Origin: the human T2T-CHM13v2.0 reference genome, Homo sapiens
Strand: one strand, 5' to 3'
DNA: 64,000 nt
Assembly: GCF_009914755.1 (NCBI RefSeq)
Contig: NC_060932.1
Positions 49,633 to 63,414 of the stretch are shown in pieces. A program made the position numbers and the translations under genes. The notes beneath the pieces were generated by a model that was not told where the DNA came from, searched no databases, and worked only from the letters and a program-made list of their open reading frames with translations. Numbering within the stretch: the stretch's first letter is position 1; each line of letters starts with the position of its first letter.

Positions 49633-50537
49633 CTTTGTGGTTTTATCTACTTTTGGTCTTTGATGATGGTGATGTACAGATGGGTTTTCGGTGTAGATGT
49701 CCTTTCTGGTTGTTAGTTTTCCTTCTAACAGACAGGACCCTCAGCTGCAGGTCTGTTGGAATACCCTGCCGTGTGAGGTGTCAGTGTGCCCCTGCTGGGG
49801 GGTGTCTCCCAGTTAGGCTGCTCGGGGGTCAGGGGTCAAGGACCCAATTGAGGAGGCAGTCTGCCCGTTCTCAGATCTCCAGCTGCGTGCTGGGAGAACC
49901 ACTGCTCTCTTCAAAGCTGTCAGACAGGGACACTTAAGTCTGCAGAGGTTACTGCTGTCTTTTTGTTTGTCTGTGCCCTGCCCCCAGAGGTGGAGCCTAC
50001 AGAGGCAGGCAGGCCTCCTTGAGCTGTGGTGGGCTCCACCCAGTTCGAGCTTCCCGGCTGCTTTGTTTACCTAAGCAAGCCTGGGCAATGGCGGGCGCCC
50101 CTCCCCCAGCCTCGCTGCCGCCTTGCAGTTTGATCTCAGACTGCTGTGCTAGCAATCAGCGAGATTCCGTGGGCGTAGGACCCTCCGAGCCAGGTGTGGG
50201 ATATAGTCTCCTGGTGCGCCGTTTTTTAAGCCGGTCTGAAAAGCGCAATATTCGGGTGGGAGTGACCCGATTTTCCAGGTGCGTCCGTCACCCCTTTCTT
50301 TGACTCGGAAAGGGAACTCCCTGACGCTTGCGCTTCCCAGGTGAGGCAATGCCTCGCCCTGCTTCGGCTCGCGCACGGTGCGCGCACACACTGGCCTGTG
50401 CCCACTGTCTGGCACTCCCTAGTGAGATGAACCCGGTACCTCAGATGGAAATGCAGAAATCACCCGTCTTCTGCGTCGCTCACGCTGGGAGCTGTAGACC
50501 GGAGCTGTTCCTATTCGGCCATCTTGGCTCCTCCCTC
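49633..50537. promoter_or_regulatory. L1 5'UTR: internal sense promoter (- strand) and antisense promoter (+ strand); CpG island
   Basis: Complete UTR, dense CpGs at ~50090-50520, intact YY1 site AAGATGGCC (50517-50525, - strand). Confidence 0.9.
50088..50303 (+). CDS. ORF0: L1 ORF0 (antisense 5'UTR ORF, 71 aa), intact
   Basis: MAGAPPPASLPPCSLISDCCASNQRDSVGVGPSEPG...RFSRCVRHPFL*; ATG in strong Kozak context gcaATGG; internal donors CAG|GTGTGG (50194) and CAG|GTGCGT (50279). Confidence 0.85.
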   Translation: MAGAPPPASLPPCSLISDCCASNQRDSVGVGPSEPGVGYSLLVRRFLSRSEKRNIRVGVTRFSRCVRHPFL

Positions 50538-50889
50538 CACATCTCTTATCTCTTATCAATAACAGGGGAATCCTCCTCTTTCTGCAAGGAGTGCACAAGG
50601 CAAGTTGTTCCATGCTGTCTCTGGGAGTTTCCCTGGGGAAAAATTAATATTAAATTTCCCCAGGAAAGAAACAAACACATCGATAGTGTCATTTCAAGCG
50701 TAACTGATCAAGAATGCTGCGTGAGAATAGGACTTGCAAGAAGGTTCTGTCTACAGAGATAATGTCAATGAAAGACTTAGGCCAATAAGTTACTAAGGAC
50801 CTACAATGAGGCCCCACTGTTACTCAGACAGAGAAAATAACAAATGCAGAGATACCACCAATCAAATCATGCCCCTCAAGCATATCAAC

Positions 50890-51241
50890 ACTTAGGAGAG
50901 TAGAATGGTGGCCACCAGAGGCTGGGGTGGGTAATGGAAGGCAGGGAAATTGTAACGGTTAATGGGTACAAAAATATGGTTACATACAGTGAATAAGATC
51001 TGGGATTTGATAGAACAACAGGGTAACTACAGTCAGCAATAATTTGTTGTACATTTTGGATTAGCTGAGAGAATACAATTGGAATGTTCATAACACAAAG
51101 AAATGATGAATGCTTGAGGTGATGGAAATCCCATTTATCCTGATGTGATTATTACACATTGCATGCCTGTATCAAAATATCTCATGTAACCCATAAATAC
51201 ATATACCTACTATGTATCCATACAAAATAATTTTAAAAAAT
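50890..51241 (+). mobile_element. L1MA-type 3' end fragment
   Basis: gagagtagaatggtggccaccagaggctgg...aatgcttgaggtgatgga...atatatacctactatgta-like motifs. Confidence 0.85.
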
Positions 51242-51322
51242 AACACGCAAGACAGATAACCAGCTCTTTTCAGAAGCATTGAAATAATTTTTAAAATTGT
51301 TTCTTTTATAAACAGGATTTAA

Positions 51323-51450
51323 GGCCATGTGCAGTGGCTCACAGTGTAATCTCAGCACTACAGGAGGCTCAGACAGGAGGATTGCTTAAGTCTGGGAGTT
51401 CAAGACCTGCCTGGGCAACAAAACGAGACCCTGTCTCTAAAAAAATAAAA
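51323..51450 (+). mobile_element. FLAM/AluJ monomer
   Basis: Single arm; TSD aaacaggatttaa. Confidence 0.88.
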
Positions 51451-51867
51451 ACAGGATTTAAAATGGAATTCTTTCCACCCTACTGTTGGCTAAGATTCTT
51501 CTATTAATTTTCTGTGGCTGCTGTAACAAATTACCCCAAACTGGGTGGCTCAAATTTATAACAATTTATTATTTCCCAGTTCTGGAGTCCAAAAGTCCCA
51601 AATCAGTATCCCTAGGATGAAATCAAGGTGTCTGCAGGGCCGCACTGCCTCAGGAGGCTCTGGAGGAGAATCGATTCCTTGCCTCTCCCAGCATCAGGTG
51701 CCGCCAGCATTCCTTGACGTGCGGTTGCAGCACTTTCATCTCTGCCTTCATGCACGCTGCCTCCTCATCTGTGTGTCAGCTCTCCCTCTACCTCCCTGTT
51801 CTAGGGATTCTTATGATTTCGTGAAGAGCCCACCCAGGCTAATCCAGGATAATCTCATCTCAAGATC

Positions 51868-52582
51868 TGGGGCAGCCCTGGAGAAACACCTGAAAGAGCT
51901 CATTATTTTCTTTAGCAGTAGATAGCTGAGAAAGCTCAGTATTATTTCTTTTTTTTGTATTGTTTTTTTGAGATGGAGTCTCACTCTGTCACCCAGGCTA
52001 GAGGGCAGTGGCTAATTTTTGTATTTTTAGTAGAGATGGGGTTTCACCATGTTGGCCAGGCTGTTCTCAAACTCCTGACCTCAGATGATCCACAGATATT
52101 ATTTCTTAAACAGCTTATTTTATTCTCTGGATCTCTTGGTATGCTAGCTCACAAGGACTCCTGATGGTCCAGCAGCTTCAGAACATTTTACCAGTTATCA
52201 GAGGAAGATAAAGCCTGCTCAAACCCAGAAAAAACCAGAACCAGCAACTCCTTGTTGCCTTTAGATCATTAACATATCATTATAATACTAAAAGCCCCAC
52301 CCATGGAAGAAAATCGCCGCCATTTTCTGAACATGCTTTGTATGAAGAGGCATGTTTATGATTTGCACCTGCACATACTTACAAACCTCCCACATCCATA
52401 GCTAACGCCTTAAAATCCCCCAGCTTCCCACAGCTTGGGGAGTAGGAGGTGTCTTGGGAGCGAGAGCTCACTCCTTCTCCTTCTCTGGCCAGAGAATAAA
52501 TCCTGCTTGCCTTTTTTCCAATTGGGTATTCTTTCCCTGTGACCAATGTAAAGTAGGAAAGGAACTCAGTTTACCAGTGACA
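51868..52582 (+). mobile_element. ERV1-type solo LTR (family not assigned) containing a deleted Alu
   Basis: TG...CA ends with gatc/gatg 4-bp flanks; YY1-like CGCCATTTT at ~52318; AATAAA at 52495-52500. Confidence 0.65.
51950..52095 (-). mobile_element. Truncated, internally deleted Alu
   Basis: gagggcagtgg joined directly to ctaatttttgtatt; TSD tattatttctt. Confidence 0.85.
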
Positions 52583-54860
52583 GATGCTCAGTTTAACCAC
52601 ATTTTTTTGCCAAATAAAGTAATATTCACAGGTGAGGATTAGGACCTGTAATATTTGAGGAATGTTTTCCATTCTACTATGGCTCCCAAAGGCCAGGGAC
52701 AAACCACCAGGAGCCAGGCTAATGCCAGACTCAAAATGCATCAAAGGGGTAAATTAAAAAAAAAAAAAGAGTCAAATGCCGTCACCTGCCTACATGTACA
52801 GCAGGGGACACTGAGGAGGCCCAAACAGGGGTATAGCTTGTGCAAAGTCAGCAGGATGAGTTTCCTCCCATCCCCACAAAGGAGGAGAGGGGACCTTTTC
52901 CCCTTTTCCCTTCCCATCAGGCTATGTACAGTGCTGCTGGGAACACAGGGGAGCAGGGTAGCCACTTTTAACTTGATTTGCATCCCCTAAAACTGTGCAG
53001 AGTGCAGACATTGGCACCTGACTTATTTCTGGGGAAAACTAACAGCAGAGACTGTGACCACTGGCCTGACCTAGAAGAACCGAGTGAGAGAGGGGTGGGA
53101 CTGCTATGGATAGAGAAGAGTCTCTTATGAACCACATGAGAAGCCATGGAGGACCCTGCCAGCACAGATGGCTTCCTGGAAGGCACCATGACCCAACAGA
53201 GGGACCGACACACAGAAGCCCCAGGATGGAGGGAGGAATCTTCATAAAGCTGCTTGCCCAGAACACGGCACTGCCTGCATCAAGAGATTCACAATCCAAA
53301 AGGTCCCGGAAGGGAGAGATGTAGAACTGGTCATCTCTACACCCCATGTCTCATTACAGCTGTGCCCGCCAACGAGGACTTTCTGGTCCCTTCCCATATC
53401 TCCTTCCCCTCAGCTCCAGCCCCAGGGAAGCCAGAATCAATATCACGAGGCAGCAGGAGGAGGAAAGAATCTCCAGTCACGGATCTTGAGCCTCAGGCAG
53501 GCACAGAACAGAAGAGGAAAAGAACTTTGGCTTTAGATAAAGCTTTCTGTTTTGATGCCTACATTGCCTTGGCCATTTTATTTATTGAAATGCTTGATTT
53601 CCAGGAGACTCATCTTGGATTTTAAACAACCTAGAAGACTTTTTATTACCAATAGCGATAAAGTTATTTGATTTGCCTGATTTTTCATCCAGCGTTGCAG
53701 AATGTACAAAATTACAACATGGATTCTAATGCATTGGAGAGAGAAAATAAGGTCGTTTTCTGCAGGTACCTTATCAAGGCTGGTTCATTCACTGTATTTG
53801 TTGTAATTTCTTTTTATCTTTCTATCTCCTTTTATTATTTAAGCCAGAAAGCTATATTTCACAGATGTTTCTAAGACACCAGGCAAGGCTACTATCAGTA
53901 TGTGTAGCAGCCAGAGCTTCCCGCGTCTTTCTATTTTCAAAGATGAACTGTAAAAATCACCTTCACAATGTATGTCCCTAAGCCATAGATTACAAAGATT
54001 TCTGGGTCTGTGGGGAGTGCCCGTGGTTCCACAATTAGCTGAACCCCTGACCTCGCCGCTTAACAGCAGTTCATTTGGCTTCTAAATGCCATCCAGCCGG
54101 CCGATGTCAGTTTAGATACAGCATTTTTCTGTAGCCTGGGAACAAAGGTCACTGTTTTCCTCATTCTTCCGGTGCCTGGGAATCCCCTGTCTTTTCTCAC
54201 CCTTTGTAGGTGCTGCAAATGTGTCCATCTCTGCATTGATCTGCTTCTAGGGTAAGCAGCCCTCACAGTTGGAGCAGATAAAGACAGACAAGAATGGAAT
54301 GAAAGAGTTTTACACCAGGCTTCCCTCTTCTGTTTCTCTTCTTTGTAGACTCAGGCTGTGAACATGAAATTTGAATCAAGGTGATAAACAGCATCAAGGT
54401 TTCCCATAATCTCTGGTGGGCCCAGGCACATCATTCTTTCCCGTTTCAAGTGTTGTCCTCGGAATAGCCCAGGATAGCATCTGAACACGTGGAAATGGCA
54501 CTGGGTTAGATGTCAAGAGACCTGCGACGTGGTCTCGGCTAAGCGCCCTATTATTCCCGTGGGCATATGAAGGCCTCCTGACCTATCTAAAACGGCTGTG
54601 AGAAGCAAGTGAAGCAGGCTTGTGGAGGTGCTTATACACACTCTCTAGCAGGCAGACAGTCGATTTTCTATCATTTTAATAAAAGTGGTGATGGGGCGCT
54701 CTGATTCCTCCATTAAGGATGATGGATTGAGCACACTCGTTTAGCTCCACTCCTATCTGTGTCCCCAGTAAAATGAGGGTAGAAAGTTTCAGTGAGGACA
54801 TAAAGTCACTATGACAAAGAGATTGAGTCACAAGGTCATATAACAGATACATGTGTGTAA

Positions 54861-55172
<312 letters not shown>

Positions 55173-56160
55173 CGTGTGCATGATTTTTTTTTAAAGCAGG
55201 GGCATAACTAACTGATCACTGGCAGAGTGCATTCTGGACAGATGCATTCTAAGTCAGCCAATGGGAAAAGCTGAGATGCAACTCAATTTGCATCCAGGTC
55301 CTTGAAAAGCCTCAGGAATGGATAGCATGGGTACCTTTGGAAGGGAGGGTAAACTAGGAGCTTAAAAGAAGATGGTTGGTGAAAAGTGTTTTCAAAACAT
55401 TTAGATGCACAGATCCCTTTCCTAACTCTGCATGTTAGTGATACCGATGCTGGAGTTTCCTGAGGAAACGTTCAGTGAAGCCAGAAGAGACAACCCTCCT
55501 TCTCCCCATTTATGCAGTTTCCAGTCTGCTTTCTGCACCTCTCTGACACTCACGAGCAAACAGCCAAAGATCACAGAACATCTGAGGCGGATTCCAGAAG
55601 AGACAAACAAAAAAGCAACTTGAAGTAAACAGAAACTATGCAAGAACATGAGATTACACCTCACCCACCAATGAAAGCAAACAAACAAACAAACAAACAA
55701 GAAACCAACAACCATGATTACTCTGAGAGAGATAACAGCAGATTCTACACCTTGGTAACAAAATAGAGTTGTTTAAGAAAGGAAAGAATAGTCATATGGT
55801 GAACATATTGCATAGCTCTGCTATTTACACAATTCATAATACTTACACAGTCCAAATAATGTAATCCACTCTGGTATCATCAAAGGTAGATCAGGAGAAG
55901 TGGGCAGTAATGGGCAATGAAATCTACACCCTCATTTTCCATTTGGGAAGGTAACAGCCAAGCCTTGAAGTGAAAAAAGCAAAAGTCACATTATAAACAA
56001 TGATAGAGGCATAGATATCAATATGAAAAGAAATAGCCAAAATGATTAAAAGTGATCACCTTGAGGATGAGGAAATAGATCAGCTGGGGGATAAGAAGGG
56101 GACTGGTAGACTGGTATTTTTGGTAATGAGCTTTGGAGAACTATTTGACTCCTTAAATTA

Positions 56161-56460
<300 letters not shown>

Positions 56461-56464
56461 TATA

Positions 56465-56826
<362 letters not shown>

Positions 56827-56869
56827 GATTATGTACATTTCATGTTTTAAATAAAAAGCAAATTGTGAA

Positions 56870-57240
56870 AGAGCTTTGCCTCTGAAGTCAGATTGTCTAG
56901 ATTAGTAACTGGTTCTCTTCACTGGCTCCCTGCAAAAAGCCTTGGAAAATCTACTTAAACTCTGTGCACCTCTATCTAGTTCCCCTTCTGTTTAGGTGGG
57001 ATAGTAAGAATACCGCCTTATAGAAGAATTGTTAGGATTAAATGAGATCATTCATGTAAAGCACATAGCTTGGAACCTGATAGGCAGTATATGCTCAGGA
57101 CTACCTGCTGTTGTTCTCACTGATGTTTTTCCTACCCCAGAGATCTGATTTAATTGGTCCAGGGTGCAGCCTGGATATAAGGAGTTTTCAACTCAACGCA
57201 GGTGATTTTAAGGTACAGCAAAGGTGGAATACCAGTGGCC
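56870..57240. mobile_element. MIR followed by a MER5 fragment
   Basis: ggattaaatgagatcattcatgtaaagcac; ccccagagatctgatttaattggtc...caggtgatt. Confidence 0.7.
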
Positions 57241-57959
57241 TGCAGCCTAGAGGAAGCTTCCATGCAGAAGTGGGTGAGGATATGTAATTACTGCCACAAA
57301 ATAGCTGATTCCAGATGTTTCCTTGTCGGTCATTCCACTTCAGCCCTACACTACCCCGATGATAAGGAAATGGAGTGTTAACACCACCGTACTCCTCATT
57401 TTATGAGTTACCCATCTGAAAAAGTTGACTGTAAGCAGTTATCTAAATTGAACCCCATGTACTCTCTTAATTAGGTTTGATTTCAGAGATAAATTCCCAC
57501 AGGAGAATGCTGACCCTAAGAGATACCAAAACTCAGGCTTAAGAATGTAGCAAAAAAATTTAAGAATGTACAATTTAACAAGAGACAATGATATGAAAAC
57601 TATGAATAAGCTCTACATTTGTGTTGGGTTCAGCTATTGGCATCTTGAAAGCCCATAGTTTGAACCAATATCAAAAGCTTGGGCGGGGGGGGGGAAACCA
57701 ATGTATTTCATCTTTAGACATTTTACAGATCCGCCTCCAAATTTCCAGGTTTAAAAATGGCAGTACTCCAACACAAGTCAAGTTAGCCTGTGCAAAAGTG
57801 GGAATTAATAGGCTCTGGTAGCTGGGAAGGCCGCTGTTGAAACCAGCAGAATAAAGGAAAGAACAGCTGGGACCAGCACCCGGAATGCCAGGATTGCAAC
57901 TGATTGTAGTCACTAGGTTTCAGGGGCCATTCAGTGTTTCAGCTGAGCGTTTCAGGTTT

Positions 57960-58625
57960 CAGCTACACGGTGATGAAAATTATGACATCAACAACAAACA
58001 GAAAAATAAATATATAGTGTGCAAAAATTACAAAAAAAATAGCCGTGTCAGAAGACAGAGAATTGTGTGAGTGGAGGGGAGGGGTGTGGTGGGGTAGGGA
58101 AGGCCCTACTACTAAGGTGACATTGAATAAAGGCCTGCAGGGCTTAGGGGGTGAGCCCTGCCATCTTCCAGGCAGATAGAATAGCCAATACAAAGACGTG
58201 AAGCTGGGAACGTGCATGTTCTGTTCAAGGAACAGTGGGGAGGACCGTGAGCAGAGGTGGACAGCAGGTTGCAGGGAGTGGCAAACTACCGTAAGGCATT
58301 GGCTTTTACTGTGAGTGAGATGGGAATCATTTGGAGAGTTTGAGCAGAGGAGCGACAGAATGTAAGGACTGTTTCAAAGCTCTCTAGCCAAGCAGACAAC
58401 AACCAAATGACCTCTTTGCTATATGGAAACTAGCCTATGCGGAAGCAAAGCAGAGAGCAGGGAGACCAGATAGAACACCACTGTTGTTTTCTAGGAGAGA
58501 CCTTCTGCCCTCTGGACTTAAGATTGTCAAAGTGGGCCTGGTGAGATGTCATTACATCATCAGAATTTGGTTCTCTTTCAAAGGTGGAGATGAAAGACCT
58601 CGCTGATGGGTTTCACATGGGGTTG
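57960..58625 (-). mobile_element. L2 fragment
   Basis: aaggtgacattgaataaaggcctg...tgttcaaggaacag...ggcttttactgtgagtgagatggga...gagtttgagcagagga. Confidence 0.75.
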
Positions 58626-60658
58626 GGGAGAGCGAGGAGTTGTGGTCGACTCCACACTCCCAGGACTCTCCCTGTCATGCAGCTTCATGCCCGCCTGCAT
58701 TTATCTTTCATCCCTGCCACCTGTCTGTCGGCCTCATTCCAAGTCTCCCCATGTCAGGTAATAACACGGTGCCCAAGAGCCCCAAATTCACAGCCTCCTA
58801 TGGAGCAACCATGGATATTTACTTTATATTTATCGGACCTTGGCAAGACCCAGTTTGACCCTTGGGTCAATCACTAACGTCAGGACAGAATGATTGGTCA
58901 CACCTGAATACATACCTACCCCTGTGGCCAGGGAAGCAGGCAGCCTTCTGGAACTGGTGAATTAGGAGAGGCTTTCTTGGCGAGCAAAACAAACAAACAA
59001 AAAAAAACAAAGTTAGCGTAGTCTCACCACCAACTACAACCCAAGTTGTTTTTCCTTTGAGTTCAGTCCTCTTCCCTTGGATCCTGAAGATTCTACCCCA
59101 AACCCAGAGCAGCTTCCAATATGGGGAACTCACTCACCTCAAAAAGAATATTGCTCTTTCAGTATAGAACAATAAGAGATCAAATTCAAAGCCATAGTAA
59201 TTCTGAATCTGGCTTCAGGGCTCAGGTTAGCCTGTCACTCAAAAGCAACTGGAACTGGGAAAGAGGAAGAGGGAGAAGGTTTTTCCCTAACTGCAGGAAA
59301 GCTCTTCCATCCCACACCAGCTTAATTGTTGAAAGAGAGCCGCCTTTAAACGCTTTAGACAAAATCTGGATGGAGAGGCACTTCCAACGAGTTCTTTCAT
59401 CCTGAGATGTTTTAGGGCAAGACACACCTGCATTTTTTATCCTACCCAGGGCTTACTGAGCTCTTTGTCAGTTGAGGATTCTTGGCCTTAAACCAGCTCC
59501 ACCACTAGCATTTGTGTGCTTTGGAAAAAACCTCTCTGCTGAAGAATTGAGAAAGTAGTCCATGGTCTCAAAGTAATGACACACTGTGGCGATACAGGAT
59601 CTTGAAATGTGTGGGTAAGATGTGGCAGGGGCCTCGTGTGCTGTGACGTTGGCTGCCCGGCCACATTAACCCTCAGTGACTTCCCTGAGCCCAGGGTCTC
59701 ATTGCCCATCCCACTGCAACTGCTATCTTCATCCTTCCTTTTAGAACACCTGCTCCCACAGTCCCTGAGAAAGAACTGTTCTATGTTGACAGTTCACCCC
59801 AACCCCAAACCACCTTGGGCTGTTTACAGTAAATACTGCACACTAGTGAGGTCTTATTGATCTCTTTCTTCCCAGACACCTTCCCAGCCCCTCCCTCCCT
59901 GCTCTCATTTCTGTGTCTGCCACCTGGAAGCAGCAAATGCGGCTCGGCTTGCTTTTCTGCATACCAGAGGCAATGATAATATTTACCGTGGCAGTTGGAG
60001 GACTTTGCTGCAGTCTTCACAGCTCTGGCACTCAGGTTGCAGTGAGATCCAGGGAGAGCCAGAAGTGAGGCGCCCAGAGAAGTGTTCACTTGTGGCTCGA
60101 AGTCCAGGTGTGATACTGCATGAAAACCCCCCGATTTGGCCATCCAGAGCATGGTAATCAAGAAACGCCTAGATGTTTCCAAAAATGGATTGGGTGTCCC
60201 TCCAAGTGTTCATGAAAAGGTTGAATTTCCTCTTGGTGGGGAGTTACAGAGGAGATTAGCAGATCAGGCTGAATTAGGTAAGTTGTCTCCAAAACAGATT
60301 CACATATCCCAAAAGGAACAAAGCTAATCCATTAAGGCACAGGAGAAAATATTATCATTTTATTTATTTTTCTTTTTAAATATAATTTTTGTATATGTCT
60401 TAAAGTATGTTGGTACAGAAGTATGTCATTTATAAATGAATAAATATACATCAATTGAGGTTACATACTCAAATTATTTTTATTGCTTAGGACAACTGAG
60501 CCAAACCATTTGAAGCCCATTAAATTAGGAGATGCCTAGGCTCTTTTCTCACACCGAAACTGGGGTGTTCTGTAGTTTTATGTTCTGGGACAAATTCTGC
60601 CATGATAGACCTGAGAAGGGGAGAGAGGAGGAAACTGACAATTGAGGCAACTGGTCTC

Positions 60659-61094
<436 letters not shown>

Positions 61095-61695
61095 TTACAG
61101 GCACAGGACAGAGGATGGGCTGGTTGTTGCCCCTTGGAGACATCCAGGGGCTCTGTCTCTTCTGGGGGTGCAGCTTCAGCAGGCAGTGGGACCAGGCTGG
61201 ATCTGATACAAAGAGAATGATGGCTTCTAGTCTTAGAGACTGTGCCGCCTAGATGGCATCATCCTAGTTCTGTTGAGGATTTTTGCCTGATTCAGGCCAT
61301 GTTATCTCCAGCTTTAAAGTGGAAAGGTTAGCAGGAATTTCTGATGTCACAGAAAAAAATTAAAAATGAAAACATCAACTGGAAAGGCCTGTCTGCTGAT
61401 CATTTGGCTTAACTCTGGGTGCTTTGTAATTCCTCTTCGGAGGTTTAATAGAAGATTTTTCTTAACCTTTCCACTTTTTTGTACTCTTTTATCATCCAAC
61501 TACTCTCATTTATTGTTTCATCACTTTTCTTCTTGCCATTATTCATTCCACCTTCCTCCTTTCTTCTGAGGATGCCTGACCATCTGTGCCCCTCTCCCCC
61601 AGGCAGTACATTTTGCCAGTGACTCCATTCCATTCAGCAATCATTTCATAAAGAACCTCTGGGGAGTGTGAACCTTCACTTCAGTTGCTCAACAT

Positions 61696-62050
61696 TGATA
61701 TGGATTGGCGGTGTGTCCCCATCCAAATCTCATCTTGAATTGTGACTCCCATAATTCCCACCTGTTGCGGGAGGGACCTGGTGGGAGATAATTGAATCAT
61801 GGGGGCAATTTTCCCCATATTGTTCTCATGGTGGTGAATAAGTCTCACAAGATCTCGTGGTTTTATAAGGGGAAGCCCCTTTCACTTGGTTCTCATTCTC
61901 TCTTGTCTGCTGCCATATAAGACGTGCCTTTCAGCTTCCGCCCTGATTGTGAGGCCTCCCCAGCCACATGGAACTGCGAGCCCATTAAAACTCTTTTTCT
62001 TTATAAATTAACCAGTCTCGGGCATGTCTTTATCAGTAGCAACAAATACA
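61696..62050 (+). mobile_element. THE1B-like solo LTR
   Basis: tgatatggattggcggtgtgtccccatccaaatctcatcttgaattg...cccagccacatggaactg...aataca. Confidence 0.92.
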
Positions 62051-62069
62051 CCATTCCCTGCAGTGCTTC

Positions 62070-62402
62070 TCACCTATCCTCCCAAACTGCTCCTGCCTGG
62101 GAAATTCTCACTGATATTTTTAAAAACACAGCTTAGACATCACCTCTTGCAGAAGCCTTCTCTACTTCCTTATACACCATCCAAACAAACTAATCACTCC
62201 CTTCATTATACTGTCTGCGTATGTGTCTTTCATGGCATCGATGATGTTTGGTTGCACGGATACATTGGCGTATCTGTCTCCTCTCCCTCTGCTGGTCTGT
62301 AAACTCATTCATGGCCAAGCCTGAAACCCTTTTTACCATCTTCTAGCACAGTGCCCGGTGCATAGCAGGTTCTTAAGAAAGTGAGTGAATAAAGGAATGA
62401 AG
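62070..62402 (+). mobile_element. L2 3' fragment
   Basis: catcacctcttgcagaagccttctct...ctagcacagtgcccggtgcatagcagg...gaatgaa. Confidence 0.75.
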
Positions 62403-62780
62403 GAGATTTGAAGTCAGCTACTCTTTCTTGGTCTTCTTGTGGGTTCACCAGAGCTTAGCCAGCTGCAGAGCTAATAACAACAACAACAAAGCTAGCATTT
62501 ATTGTGTGCTTTCCTTTGTTCTCAGTGAGAAACCAATTACACATATCACTGGTTGAGTGGAGACCACCAGACCAATTAATTATATACTCCTTTCACTAAG
62601 AAGCAGCGCCCTTCTCCCCACTTACTTGGAAAGGATGTTCCAGGCTAAATAACAGTACCCTGCTGGCTTGGTTCTAATTGCCAGACTGTTTCTCAGGTTC
62701 ATTTCTGTCTTTTAATCAAAGTTTACATACATCTTTGTTCCTGGATCTTAGTAATTCAAACCTTGCACCAGGAGCAGTAA

Positions 62781-63146
<366 letters not shown>

Positions 63147-63334
63147 TGAAACACAGTTTTAAATGAACACAATTTGTTGTTGTTGTCTTCTCCACCAAAG
63201 AAAATTAGTTCTTTAAAGACTCACCAAGTTAAAAAATAAATAAATAATACAATTTATCAACTTTAGTTTCTAATTTCTTCAACTGATCCCTCATTCACAG
63301 CCAGGAAAAATCACACTTTTTTCTTTTATATCTG

Positions 63335-63353
63335 ATCTCTCTCTCTCTCTCTG

Positions 63354-63389
<36 letters not shown>

Positions 63390-63414
63390 TTAGAGACACA
63401 CACACACGCACACA
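63335..63414. repeat. Compound (CT)n/(CTCTGT)n/(CA)n microsatellite
   Basis: Direct reading. Confidence 0.95.

Larger units (their letters stand above)
51500..52680 (-). mobile_element. MLT1C/D-like LTR interrupted by an ERV1-type LTR
   Basis: ggctgctgtaacaaattacc...aatccaggataatctcatctcaagatc | resumes ttgccaaataaagtaatattcacagg...gattaggac. Confidence 0.8.
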
